From the NCBI GenBank assembly GCA_024137785.1, contig JAHRHZ010000166.1:1287872-1343916 (forward strand): DNA of 56,045 nt. The letters are read 5' to 3'. This stretch comes from Ginglymostoma cirratum (Eukaryota). The position numbers were made by a program, and so were the translations under genes. Positions 23,171 through 36,764 of the stretch are shown here, in pieces. The notes below the pieces were generated by a model that was given only the letters and a program-made list of their open reading frames with translations, did no database searches and was not told the DNA's origin. Position 1 is the stretch's first letter; each line of letters starts with the position of its first letter.

Positions 23171-26100
23171 TTCATAAATGTGCAACCACATTAGGATACA
23201 ATCTTGGGACCAAATAGCTTCTACTGTTTTCTCATTGACTTTCCTACCATTTCAAGATCAGAGATGGGGAAGCTCACTGATAAATGCACGATGTCCACAT
23301 CAGTGAAGACTCCTCAGGGTTTGAACCAGTTGTGCCAATTCACAGCAAACCATGAGCAAAATTCACAGGTTTGGATTGTTAATGCCAAAAACCACTCAAG
23401 CTACAAAAGTGAAAGGAATCAGCATCACCAGCAAAACAGACTGAATCCATCTCCCCTTGACAAGCAATAACTAACTGTTGTTGTAAGAAAATCGTCTGTA
23501 ACTAATAATGCTGCAGGGTGACTTAACCTGAGTTTCAGTCAATCTTCTGGGGCATAGTAGTTAAACAGTAGCCAGAGGCATTCAAGTGTAATTTTGAAAC
23601 CTGAAATTTGATGCTATTTTCATTAATAATGACAGTGAAATTATCAACATTGATAAGGATAAAATCGAAACTGATTCACTCACATTCCTTGGGGAAGGCA
23701 ATATTCCATAGGTACAATTGCTGGAGAATATGGTAATCTAAACACTTAAAAATGTGTTTGACTTTTACCTGATCTCAAGAATTGCTGAGAAATCTGCCCA
23801 TTGCAATGATAATCTCAGATCATGGGCAGGAAATATGGTCTTGTCACTAATTTCATTATCCATTATAAGAATAAAAAAAATTAATAAATCCAAAATGATT
23901 ATCATTTTGGGGATGATCAGGAAATGATCAAGAGCAAACTTAAAAATACTGTGGCACATCATGAGCAAGTGCATAGTAATGAAATCTGAAAAGTAACACT
24001 TCTTTTAACTCCCCAAATCCAGTTCCACATCTATAAAGCATAAGTCAGAATATTGACTGAACATTTTTCTTTTGCCTGAATGAAAGCAGTTCCATAAGGC
24101 ACAAGATTTCCCATATTATCCAAGACAAAACAGCATGATTTCTGCCCAGTCTGACATCTTTACATTTGAAACCACATTTCACAATAATAGCAGTGCTGCG
24201 TAAGATGCACGATGACAATTTTCCAAAGATCCCTTGGTGGCTTCTGCTAAATTATACATCTTTACCATCTTCAACAAAAATATGAGTGGTTGAATAAGAA
24301 TACAGTCATCTTCACGTTGCCCTCTAAATTGCCAACCAGTTTGACTTGGGAAAATATCGCTATTCCTTCGTTATTACTGTAAAAACAAAAGTATGATCTT
24401 TCTTCCATACAGCGGTGTAGGTGTACACATTGTCAATGTTTAAGAAGTAAGTTTAGGAAGTAAGTCCAACACTGTCTTCACAATAAGAAGTGGGTAATTG
24501 TTGATAAACTCATACATATACAGATAAAAAAAAACACAACCCAGAACTCCGTATATGACCAACATTTATTCACCAAATGTGTAACTCCAAAAAAAAGGAA
24601 TGGACATATTTGGAACAAAATAAAGCTGCTGGAAAAGCTCAGCAGGTCTGGCAGCATCTGTGAAGAAAAAACCAGAGTTAACAAATATTTGGAACTGAGA
24701 TAAGTGGGCAAGCAAAAGCTTTTCTGCAGCAGATCTCAAGGATCATCATTGATTCCCAGGCTGTGTTCGAAGGGAAATGGGCACTGTTTGCGAGAAGAAG
24801 AATGAACTGACCCCCAAAATTCTGGAACACGGGCAGAGCCGGGGGATGCATGACACTCATGACGTGATAAGATAAGTAGAAAACGTCTATTTGAAACATC
24901 TGGTGAGAAAAGAAGTGAAACTTTCAAATAGCGACAGTGTTGCCTCTCTTTCTTATGCTGAAATCAAATATAGTCACAGCTAGCAAGACTGGCTTTGCCT
25001 CCATTCCTGGTTGTTCTATGATCCTTAGGCATTCACAAAGTAAGTGAATAAATGAAGTGCATTGGTCATCTAGAAAGGTAGAATAGACTGTTAGTAAAGC
25101 AATGATGGATGATCCAAACAGATTCTGCCATTACTGAATGGATGCAATTAACATTTCAGTAAATCAATAGGTGGAAATGACATTGGAACTTGTTAACCAT
25201 GCAAACATTAGGGAGATGGGAATAAACAATTGATAGAACTGTGGACTGACAAGTGTCCAGAGGGACTTCATATTTTCATCTTTGCAGGGATATCAAATGA
25301 GGTAATGAATACCATTAGAACTTTCGCTGATTTTTCATGCTTTCTTTTCACTAATTTTGGTTAGGCCTTGTGAGCTGAGATCTGTGAGATGAAGATGACA
25401 TTTGGATTGTGAGCAGCAACTTATATTTTTAAAAAGATCAAACAAGCTGTTGAATGTTTGTCAGGCTCGGCCTAGAAGTTAATTTAAAATTACTTCTTAA
25501 TCAAAACAGATTATTCTGCACGAGAGGAGGGAAGTATATTTATTCAGATAGATGATACTGGCCACGAAGGAGATCAGTGCCTGGAATTTTTTTCTGGCTT
25601 GTCTGGGAGAGACGTTGTGCTAAGCAGATGACAGGTGTTGAACGAAAACTGTGACCTTGTGGGGAGATGGTCTTTCCGTCAGCGAGAGACCAGAGTTTGA
25701 ATTGTGAATTGAACTGTGTTTTCTATGAGGAGTTTGATTGTTGATTCGACAGCGTGAAGCTTTGAAAGCTACTTGCCTAAATATCAGATATTGGAAGTTA
25801 AGAGAATAGAAAACTAGTGCATATTTATCACTGACTTTCTCAGAGTGGACTGGAAAAGCTGGGTCTGAGTGAACATTCAGAAAACCATCAATGAAACTAT
25901 CATCTGCGCCTATAGCCGACACATTATGAAAACTGCAGCAGTCATCTAGCTACATTTTTTATTTCATTTCATTTTTTTAATTTTATTTTATTTATCCATT
26001 TGATGTGCTTATTTGTCTGTCTTTTTTGTGAATGGGGCAAAGAAAACAAAGGCCCGTTCTGAGGAAGGATCATCGGATCCGAAATGTTAACTCTGTTTTT

Positions 26101-27109
26101 ACATTCACAGATGTTGCCAGACCTGCTCAGCTTTTCCAGCAACTTTGTTTTTGTTCCTGATTTACAGCATCCGCAATTCTTTTGGTTTAATTTTAAAACA
26201 AAGATTACTGGTTTCAAATCTTTGACATCAATTAGATTACTTTGTCGCTTAATTTTGTTTTGCTCAAGTTACTGTATTGTTTATAAATTGCTAAGGTTTT
26301 GTTTTCTTTGCTTCAGCTACAGACCCAGTGCCTAGAATTAGTTCTTTACAGACTCTAGAATTTGTTATCTAAAAGTCTGGAGACAAACTACTGGGGTTAA
26401 TTTTGAGGGCATTTAAAGGTTTTAATTTTACCGTGTTGTGAATCCAGAGGCAGAAGCAAGATTTTAGTCACCTCCATAAAATTTTCCACAAGTCACTAGA
26501 ATGAATAAATTCAACAAGCTGGTAAATAGCAAACGTAACTCTGTTCAAGAGGGAGACAGATACATAATACGGAATCAGGTAAGGTAGCTTATATCACGGT
26601 GAAGGCAGTGGGATTCGTCATTAAAGAGGTTACATCTGCACACCTGATCGGTGTAGTGATATACTGCAAGAGTGACTATGGGGTAGTGAAGAGGAAATCA
26701 TGTTTAACTATTGAATTAGACCTTTTTGAAGAATTAACATTAGACATAGAGACAGAAATGTGTTGCAGCCTGCAATTTATTTATTTTTGTTTTCATTTCT
26801 GTCCGTTCTCTGCTTTATGTATTGGTCAATTCCATTACTTGTAAACTGCACAAAATTTAGTTTCAGTGTTCTCTAATGAGGCCTAAGAATGGATTAAATG
26901 TATCCAGGCTAAAGTTGCAAATAGTTCAAGAAACAAAAGCAATTTACTTCCATTCTTTATTGAATGTGTAAACAGTATTCAGAAGTGTAGCAAAGATAAT
27001 TAAAATTACATTTTTGTTTCTACTGGAGTGGAAGCACACAACAAAGTTTAAAAGATCAACGAATGAACTTATAAGCACAAAAATATAGAAAGGATTTTTT
27101 TATTATTAA

Positions 27110-27450
27110 GTACAAGGGATGTGGGCATCACAAGCTAGACCTGCACTCATTACTCATCCCTAATTGACAGGAGGGTTTTTGAGAGTGAGTTGCATGTGGG
27201 TCTGGTTTCACATGTAGGCAGACCAGGTGAGGACAGCAGATCTCCTTCCGTTATTTAGGCATGGGATTTTCCAACAATTGACATTGGTTTCATGGTCATC
27301 AGTAGTTTCTTAATTCCAGAATATTGTTTTTAAATTAAATTCAGTTTCCTCCATCTGCCATGGCAGCATTTGAACCAAGGTCCCCAGAACATTAGTTGTG
27401 TTTCTGAATTAAAAGCCTAGCGATAACGCCAATAGGCCATTGCTTTCCCT
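27110..27450 (-). mobile_element. tRNA-derived SINE, second family
   Basis: Same body as 20896-21170 and 49085-49420. Confidence 0.65.
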
Positions 27451-27591
27451 GATGTGCTTGTTTGTGGCAAAATCAGAACTTTTACCCATCAATTAACTGC
27501 CATTGATAACGTGCTGCAGTACATTTCCCTGAATTGTTGATGTAAGCATGGTGTCCATTCGCAAAAAAAAACTTTGTTAGGTGCTAGTAAG

Positions 27592-27781
27592 AATTTCTAA
27601 TGCTGGAGTCAGACATAACACAGTGCGGAGCTGGAGGAACACAGTGGGCCAGGCAACATCAGAGGAGCAGGAATGCTGAATGAGCATTTCTGAAGAAGGG
27701 ACCCGACCCGAAATATCAGCTTTCCTGCTTCTCTGATGCTTCCTGGCCTGCTGTGTTCCTCCAGCTCCACACCGTGTTTTC
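27592..27781. mobile_element. Palindromic Penelope-terminus insertion with a degenerate hammerhead core
   Basis: Inverted GGAGCTGGAGGAACACAG arms; CTGAAGAAGGGACCCGACCCGAAATATC at ~27690-27717. Confidence 0.65.
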
Positions 27782-28535
27782 TTTGTTACATGTTAGTTAG
27801 AGGACAAGTCAACATTTGATGTCACTTCAACAAAGTTTGATATTTCAGCAAACTGAATGAAAAACCCGAACATTGATAATAGTGCATAAAAACCAAGAGA
27901 TTTGTGGATGCTGTAAATCAGAAACAAAAATAGAGATTGCTGGAAAAGCTCAACAGGTCTGATAGCATCTGTGAACAGAAATCAGAGGTAACTTTTCGGG
28001 TCCGGTGACTGTTCCTCAGTTCTCTTCATTGATAATAAAGCATTTATTTCCATTCCAGGGAAAGCTTAATTCAGGGAAGTTTGTAACTGCATGCAGGAAT
28101 CTCCATTGATTTCTTAAGGCAAGAGATACCTTCGTGAACAGACTTGAGTCTTTTAAAAGAGTGCTGCTTAAAAAAATTGGTATGTGTGAAAACAATTTGA
28201 TAGTTTCATTTGGAGGATCGGTCAAAATAGAAGCAATATAAAGTGATATAATCCAAGAGACTATGGCATTTTGGATCCAACAACAAGTTAGTTGGAGGAA
28301 GCAATTGATATTTGTCAATGCAGTGTTTTTTTCTTGACCTTCAGAGATTGATGCTAGTTGTGATCTGTTGGGTTCAGCTCCCCATCGCTTGCTTTTTGAA
28401 ACTGATGTTAATTATATAGATTCAATGTTGGGCAGTGGTGAAGATATTTTCAGCTGTAATAATAGTTAATAAAAACTATGGAGTTCACAGTAGGATGGAT
28501 GTTGCAGGCAAATGTTATAACATGCCTGGTCACAG

Positions 28536-29186
28536 TGTATTATGGATCAGACTAGGCCCCTTAAAATATTTTAAGGTAGCATGCACTCTAACGTTGTCTT
28601 ATCTTTAAGGCAAACGTGAAATGCCTTGGTCTACAGGCATGGCAACTGGTCAAACAATTCGACATCAAGAAAAACACAATTTATTCAAACATCGCAGTTA
28701 AAATACAAACAAAAGAAAGCAAAATTTAAAATAGTTTAATTTCATCGGAAAACTTAACTGAACAAAAGATACAGTAATTATTACGAATTAACTTTTTTTT
28801 AGTAACATCCCATAAATACACCCCTCAGCAAAAAGGTAAATTCAGAAAAATAGATTTGTCTCACACATAACCCAGCAACAGAGATAAACCACAGCCTCTA
28901 AATATAGCCAAGAGAAGGAAAAGATAGCTTCTACTTCTTTAAGCCCACAGGAGCAACGGTTCAAAGCTAAAACTGAAAGCTGGAAAAAATACTAGAAACC
29001 CTGGTCTGAGAGAGTTGGCCACACCCATCCAGGTTGCCTTCATTGTTCCAATTTTTTGTTTAAAAAAACAAGGCGTCACAAGTTGTTCACTGTAATGGTT
29101 TTAGTAGACTGCTTGGTACCTCTGTGTTACAATATCCCTTCAAAACAACCAGAACAAAATAACCTCTCAAAGCCACAGCATCATCA
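28536..29186 (-). mobile_element. Solo LTR of the same Gypsy family
   Basis: Reverse complement ends ...CTAGTCTGATCCATAATACA; internal similarity to 1825-2454. Confidence 0.7.
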
Positions 29187-32078
29187 TGTGACAGGAAGGA
29201 TAAAATGTGCGTCATTCTTTAAATTTGACAAAGCATTTTGAAAGGTTAGGCAAGTTAGGAAAATTTATGTTATGGATCAGTAGTCAATTGGCAGAGTTTT
29301 ATTAGTGTGAAACATAACGAATGTTTGAAAGCAGTAGGGAAAATCGATGAAGCAGATAAGAAACCAAACTGCCATGTTTCTAATACTAAGAGAAGCATTG
29401 AATTACAGAGTGGAGAAGTTATATTAGAACATTGTACAACGTTTGATCAAAAAGAACTTGAGCAGTTCTAGCCATCCGAATGAGAATTTGAGGTTGGCTC
29501 ATTCGAGGTATTAAAGGGTAATTTAGAAAGAATGTTGAGCAATAAGGAAGACATGTATTGTGGACAACATGTAGAACTGCTGGTTCAGCAGTTGTGATGT
29601 ACCAAATTGCCCCTCCATCCCCACTATGCTCCAAATTACCTTCTGCTTATTATGCTGTCAATTCAAAGTAAAAAACAAACGTGATTGCACTAGGAGTCGA
29701 AGTCTCTGCAGTTTCAGAGAAACAGGGAATATAACTAGGCAGAAACGTTGAAAATAATTCTGATCAGTTTTACTGGAACTGAGGACCCTGAAGTTTCTGT
29801 TAAATTACATGGAGGCAATTATGAAATATAGTGAATGAAGAAAAGATTGTCAAAATACATGAAAAATGCATTGAAAAAAATGATCATGTACTTAATGATA
29901 CATCTCAAACTGCTTGGAAGGTGATAAGGAAAAGTACCGACCCAAAGGGTGGTAGATATCTGGACCTCACTGCCAGAAAGGGTGCTGGAGGCAGAAATTA
30001 TCACAAGATTTAAAAAGTAGTTTGAGGTCACGTTGCTGCATGATACTCTTCAGGGCTATCTGTTTGACAAAGGAAGTTAGACTGAGGCAATGAAATTCTT
30101 TGCCATCCAACACATAAAGGTAAAGTCCAGTGGTCTGCATCGATCTCATTAATGTTTTACGATTCCAAGTTTGAATCTAAACAAATTTTGAATAACTTCC
30201 TCATCAGATTCAAGTGCTGCTTTGGAAACTGCACGTAAAATTGAGTCACAAACGTTGAATGCTTGGAAAAAACTTTGAAGTGAGAAAAGACATAGAAAAT
30301 GCTCTGGGTGAGGGAAGGTAATAGCTGTCATCAGGCATGTCTTTATCACCACAATTAAGTGATCTGCTTAAATTTGAAGGCTATAACTCAAAGAGTCGGT
30401 TGTGGCACATATGTGACTGACATAAACACCAAAAGCTGAGTGCTCCATAAGGGGAACAGAAAGGCAGATGATAACAACCTTGAATTGGTTTGAACCAACC
30501 TAGCTGTCGCAGTAACATCTATCCATGACAGTAAGTGTATGAGAGATTATAACTGAGAAAATCCTCACTATGCCCTTAATATCAACATTAGTTTAATGGT
30601 GATAAATTAAGGTAAAAACTGTCAGTTAAACATTGGTTGTATGCTAATGACCTATTTTTGGCACAGTGTCAGAATTAATTAAACCACAAGTCATATCCTT
30701 GTATATTCCTCTATCTACCATTCTCATCAAGCAAACATTTCATGCAGAACCGAAGATTATACCAGAGGATCACCAGGCAGTACATCCTTGCTTATTAATC
30801 TTTTAAAAAATGTGGCATGCAGGTAATAATGCTAGGTAAATGACTTTTATGCTATAGAATATATTGCACTTTTTTAGTTCACACTCTGTAACTTTCTAAG
30901 ACATTGATGAGATGACATTTAAAGTGCTGCTTACAGTTTTAGTCAATGTGTTTATGAAAGAATATCTTAAAATGGGAAGAGAGCTTGTGGCAATCAACTG
31001 GAAGGCTGAGAACTTTCTTACAGGCAAAAATAGTTGCATCGTGTTTGTATCTTTTTGTATTTGCTTATCATAGACAGAACCCATTTTCACACCTTATTTA
31101 TACCGAATATTCATCTTTATTCCCACTTCACTATCACTGACATGCCTTTATCTTTTGCTCCGAAAATCTGTTCATGTCCCTCCTCCTCTCCCTTTGTCAA
31201 CATTATAAAAAAAAATCAATATTAATTAACCCCTACCAGTTCTGAAAAAAGGTTCATATTTGACTCGAATAATTAATTTTGCTTCATTCTTCACAGATGC
31301 TGCTGGACATGTTGAGTTTATGCATAAAAAAGTAAGTTAATTACAGTGGGATCCAATATTTTAAATATAGTTCCTCTCCATCACCATGATAAAGGCAGGA
31401 GTGTATCTAAGGCATGCACAGAAAAATATCGCCAATATCATTTAGAAGAAATGTCCAAAATCGCAATTGCTACCCACAAGCAGAATAAAAGTTAGCAGGC
31501 TCCATCAGCACAAGAATTTAGGCGGTCCAGTCCAAATTACCGACCACATTAACTTGGAAATATACTGTTATTCTTCCCACTACCATCAGCTTAATATTCA
31601 ATGCATTCAACATACCCTTTAATGGCACTTTGACAGTTCCTTCACTGCAAAATCTATAGCGCATACATAGGAAACTTGGACTCACTTTCTGAATAGGCAC
31701 TTAGGATACTTAGTAAGTAATGGCCTTGTCTCCAAAATTGATAAAATAATAATAACACAGAACAAAACAGTCCTCAGTAGCGGCTGAATCTTTTCTATTT
31801 TGGTCATTCCCACTTCAGAGTGGTAAGTCATTAATGATAATTGGGTTTTATATTGGGCAGAAGTAATGAAATCTTTGTCTGGGGCGGGTGTGGTTTCATG
31901 CTGCATCAGTCGTTCTTCTAAATTAGAGTTCCATTTCCATACAAATGGATTTTGATATGTGGACACAACGCAGATTCAAGGAAGGGCTTCTTCAATTATT
32001 ACTGAAAAATGTTTCTAACTGACTTCGTAATGAGAGAAATCATTGGGCATGTTCTTTAATTCATGAATGCTGGGCCCG

Positions 32079-32123
32079 TCAAAGTGTTGAATCTTCAGCA
32101 AAGGCCAAGTGAGCATAGAGAGT
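32079..32123 (-). CDS. VJ-C1 receptor, last coding exon: TLYAHLAFAEDSTL* (ITIM/ITSM-like motif)
   Basis: Acceptor TTTTTGATTTACTCCCCAG, phase 0 matching the previous exon; T-x-Y-x-x-L motif; TGA at 32081-32079. Confidence 0.75.
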   Translation of the reverse strand, partial: TLYAHLAFAEDSTL

Positions 32124-32743
32124 CTGGGGAGTAAATCAAAAATTATTATTATCATAGAAACATAGAAACAGTGAACAGCAATTCAATAATTGTACCTGAT
32201 ACCCGCTTTATTTGGAAGTTAACTGTCTCTATGTCCATGTACCCATTATAATGTCCAATTGACATCAACAAATAAGAAGAAAAGGTAGTAATTTCCCAAT
32301 ATCTATCCTCATTTATATTTCACCTCTGAACTGCATGAGCTTATTTTAAGTTTTTTGTCCCCTTGGCACACACTGAGAACAGAGCAAATGATTCTCACTT
32401 TCAATTCAATGACATGTCCTAAACAAACTAGTCAATTCAGCTAGATCATGCCTTTGTCTTTCTTACATCCTGGAATGATCTAGATATCTTTATTGTCTGT
32501 TCGCAAAACACAATTTCTTTTTCATCCATCCATAGATTATTCATATTGCAATTATATATAATTGCTGATTAAATGTCCAAATCTCCATTTTCATTTGCTT
32601 TGACTTCTTGCAAAGTGATAAACAGTGCCATCTCGCATTGATTACAATTCTATCACCATAATCGTCTCTCTTAAGCATTTCGTAAAACTGGTGTAAGGAA
32701 ACTACACGTTTTGATGGGAAAAAAATCAGTTTTATGCACTTAC

Positions 32744-32802
32744 CTCTTTCTTTGGAACATGTGGTCGAAATTCTGCTGATTTCTCACTGGTGTTCCAGTT
32801 GC
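32744..32802 (-). CDS. VJ-C1 receptor, cytoplasmic exon 1: (G)NWNTSEKSAEFRPHVPKKE
   Basis: Acceptor TTTTCTTTACATTAG, donor GAG|GTAAGT; 59 nt, phase 1 to 0, open frame. Confidence 0.8.
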
Positions 32803-32942
32803 CTAATGTAAAGAAAATAGTCAACATTTTTTAAAAAAATAATAAATTATACTAATCAAGTTCAAGAACATAAAGAATGGAAGTATTCAACAACACAGAA
32901 ATAGAGCACGATGAATTTATAGCACCCGCGGACATGTCCTAC

Positions 32943-33056
32943 CTAAGTCACAATTTCTGTAGCAATATCCCACGAAGACAGTAAATATCACGACAAGGAC
33001 AAACATCACCAATATACTCCCATAAAACTTCAAAAGGCAAGGGATGTGCAATGGCT
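32943..33056 (-). CDS. VJ-C1 receptor, connecting peptide and transmembrane exon: (E)PLHIPCLLKFYGSILVMFVLVVIFTVFVGYCYRNCDL
   Basis: Acceptor CTCTGTCCTCTTTAG, donor TAG|GTAGGA; 114 nt, phase 1-1; ~22-residue hydrophobic stretch. Confidence 0.8.
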
Positions 33057-33269
33057 CTAAAGAGGACAGAGATACTGTTAAAATGCACATTAACCAACTG
33101 ATGTTCACAAGTAACTCATCAACGCAAAAACAGCTAGCAATTCTGACTTGAATGTGCAACTCACAACTGCACTGAATGAAATTAAATGAGATTGATAAAT
33201 TCGCACAAAGACTCACTGAGAAATGGAGAGAAAAAAGGAAGGAGAGGCATACATGAGAAGAAACGGTCA

Positions 33270-34715
33270 CAGAGTCATAGAGGTGTACAGCATGTAAACT
33301 AACTTTTCGGTCCAACTCGTCCATGCCGTTCAGATATCCTACATTAATCTACTCCTATGTGCCAGCATGTGGCCCATATCCCTCTCAATTCTTCTTAATC
33401 ATTTATCCCTCATGATAGCTTTTAAATGTTGCAACGGTATCAGCCTCCATCATTTCATCTGGTAGCTTATTCTGTACACCCCCAACCCTCTACATGAAAA
33501 ATTTGCTCCTTAGTCTATCTTATATCTTTCCCCTCTCACGTTAAACATTTCCCATCTAGCTTTGGACTCCCCTAACTTGGAGAAATGACCTTGGCTATTC
33601 ACTCTGTCCACGCTCCTTATGATTTTATAAATTTCTATAAGATCACCTCCATACCTCTGACACTCCAGGCAACATAGCCCTAGCCTGTTCAGCCTCTCCC
33701 AATAGCTCAAACTCTCCAACATAGCAACATCTTTGTAAATCTTTTCTGAACCTTTTCAAGTTTCACAACATCTTTCCTATGGTAGCGGGATCAGAACTGA
33801 TATCAGTATTTTAAAAGTGGCTTACCCAGCTGCAACATTACTTCCAAATCTTAAACTCAATGTACAAACTAACAAAGTCAAGCAAAGCCTTTTTCCCTGT
33901 TTTATCTACCAGCGACTCCACTTTTAAGGAAATATGAACCTGTGCGCCAAGGTCTCTTTATCCGCTGACACTCCCCAGGACCTGACCATTAAGTCCATAA
34001 GTCCTGGCCTGATTTGCCTGGACAAAATGCAGCATCTCATGCTGATATAGATTAAATTCCACCTGCCACTCCTCAGCCCACTGGCCATCTGACCAAGGTC
34101 CCAGTGTACTTTGAGTTAACCTTCTTCGCTGTTGACCAAAACCACCAATTTTAGTATCACCTGCAAACTTACTAATCATGCCTCCTTTATTCACATCCAA
34201 ATCAATTGCCTAAATGAAAGACAAGCAGTGGACACAGCATTGATCCTTGTGGCATACCGCTGGTCACAGGCCTCCAGTCTGAAAAGCAACCTTTCACCAC
34301 CACCCTCTGTCTCCTACATTTGAGCCAGGTATGTTTCCAAATGGCTAGCTTTTTCTGTATTCCATGTGATCTAACTTTGCTAACCAATCTACCATAAGGT
34401 TCCTTGTTGAACGCCTTACTGAAGTCCATAAAGGCAACATGCACTAATCTGCCTTCATCAGTCCTTTTCATCACTTCTTCTAAAATCTCAATCAAGTTAG
34501 TGAGATATGACTTGCCCTGCACAAAGCCATGTTGACTATCCCTAATCAGGCCCTGTTTTTATTCCAAATACATGTAAATCCTGTCCTTCAGAATGCCCTC
34601 CAACAACTTGCCCACCATCAATATCAAGCTCACGGATCTATAGTTCCTAAAATTTTCCATACCACTTTATTTTTAAATAATGGCACCATGTTAGCTAACT
34701 CCAGTCTTCGGGCAC
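33270..34715 (-). mobile_element. CR1 LINE fragment in the C1-TM intron, sense to the gene
   Basis: ORFs 33510-33722, 33958-34200 and 34202-34522 (DFSKAFNK, GMPQGSMLCP, ISKFAGDTKIGG). Confidence 0.9.
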
Positions 34716-36374
34716 CTCACCTGTTGTTTGTTTATAGAAAAACATAACTTTGCAAATATTATTCTGTTGAGCAGAATATAACATTGTAAAGTTCTCCAAA
34801 TTTTGCTAGTTTCTTGTTGTGCTAATGTAAAATCTAAATGGCTATTTGGATCTATCTGCATCTGTTTAGCTATCCAAATCAACAGCTACTTTCTCGTGCC
34901 TGTCGCATAACTTCTCATTCGTATTGTCAGTTGTATGTCTCTTGCAGCATTCAACAATTTGTGTTTATTCAGAAATATGAAGATAATGAGGTGTCTAGAT
35001 ATTGAAGTGTGAATCACAAATTTATTGAATTGCATACACGATACATCTCCTTTCAGCATTTAACGAAATGGGTTTTTTTTAGAAATACTTCCTTAAATAC
35101 TTGCGACACCAGTTCAATCAATCATTACTCCCCTTATTAACTAGCGGTCGCTCCAATTTTCACCACCTGCATACCGATTTAGAATCAATTTTTTATCCAA
35201 AACCAATGACATTTTACACAATTATATTCACCTATATATTTCCTCAATTCTCTGAGTTAGATGAAACGTTTTATGGATTTCTTTTCAATAGATTGAGGAA
35301 GTTACATGCAATCTTCAGGCAATTATTATCTATGTAGGCAGAATAACAGGGTGATTGGCGCTACGTGGACAAATATAAAACTAAATATATATAATGTCAC
35401 ACAGGCTGATCAGGTCATCAAAGGGAAAAGGCAAGCATACAATAGCAAACACAGATTTGTAAAGCAAAACAAAGAAAAATGATCGATTACACTACGGAAT
35501 ATCGATTTACTCAAACTTGGGCTATGATAAATTGATCTACTGTTGGTGTATCAAATGCATGTATATGCAATGGATAACATTCAAGAAAACGAGTTACTGT
35601 AATGAGACTAGAACTTAATGTTTCAACCAAAGAAAGGAATTGAAAAACGTATTTTTGTTGCTGCTCTGAAAGAGGAATTCTGCTTGTGAATTTGACAACA
35701 TCTTCGACTTCTGAGGCAGTCTGAATCTATGAGAAATCAATATATTGGCACCACTCTGAAATCCTGGAGCAATTTGAAGAGAACCCTCCTTTTTTTGTCA
35801 ATTGGTACTTATACATGTAGATGTCTCCATTAAAGAGAAATGGGGTAGGGTGACGGGAGGGCACTGACATGGGTATAGGGCATTCAGATTTCTTAAATAC
35901 ACACTGAAGAAAGAGATATAAAAGCAGGTGAATATTATGATCGTTTCATCAAAATAAATATTTTGAAAGATCCTTGAGTGAAACAGGAACGCTCATTTTA
36001 ATTTCGTTTTAATCACTGATTGTGTTAAACTAAATTTTGCTTGTCTGGGATGTGAATGCTACGAAACAGAGAGAACAATCCAGAGGCAATATCATAGAAT
36101 TTAATAAATTGGAATTAGATAATTTTTTTCATTCTAATTAGCAGAAGTTCAGACTCGTACATCATTCCCCGCCATATGAAAACGGTCTGCTTCAACAGAT
36201 TCTGATAAGAAATCGGAAAGTTAAATTGTGATTGAGTCAAAGAAGTCAATGTTTCAACAGTCAGATGTGGATGCAAAGAAAAGGAGCAACTTTAAAGATG
36301 AAAGTTCAAATTGTTAATAATAAAGTCTAATACTCGCATTAAACTTAAGGATAAACTGTTACAGTCAAATTTAC

Positions 36375-36677
36375 CTTTCTGATATGGAAGATTTTCACTG
36401 ACAAGAATTTCAGTTGAGTTGACTTGAACCGAACAAGTGCAGACAGCACCAGGTTTCCATGCTTGTGCTGGGACTCTGATGTGACTTATGAAACGGTGTG
36501 CCATGGCAGAGTCCATTGTCACAGAATCTGTCCAAGCCTCAGCATTCCAACTGGGAATATTCCAGTCGATGGGAAAGGAATCGGAAATCACGTTACTCAC
36601 TAAACACATTAATGGGATAGTTTTCAAGGAAAACATTTCATCCAACGGCGGAGATAAAAGAGTTATGTTGGGGGGCC
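36375..36677 (-). CDS. VJ-C1 receptor, C1-set Ig domain exon
   Basis: Acceptor CCTCCCATTCTCATCAG, donor AAG|GTAAAT; 303 nt, phase 1-1; (G)PPNITLLSPPLDEM..PLMCLVS..PIDW..SHIRVPAQAWKPGAVCTCSVQ matches the IgL/TCR C1 pattern. Confidence 0.9.
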
Positions 36678-36764
36678 CTGATGAGAATGGGAGGAAACAT
36701 AAAATTATTATTCAACGTTGTTGATTAGTGATAGTGAAATCTGTAAATCTATCTTTACTCTTAC

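Noticed and set aside
32917-33324. 135-aa ORF as a standalone membrane protein
   Set aside because: Only 32943-33056 is exon-like; the rest is intron and CR1 3' tail.
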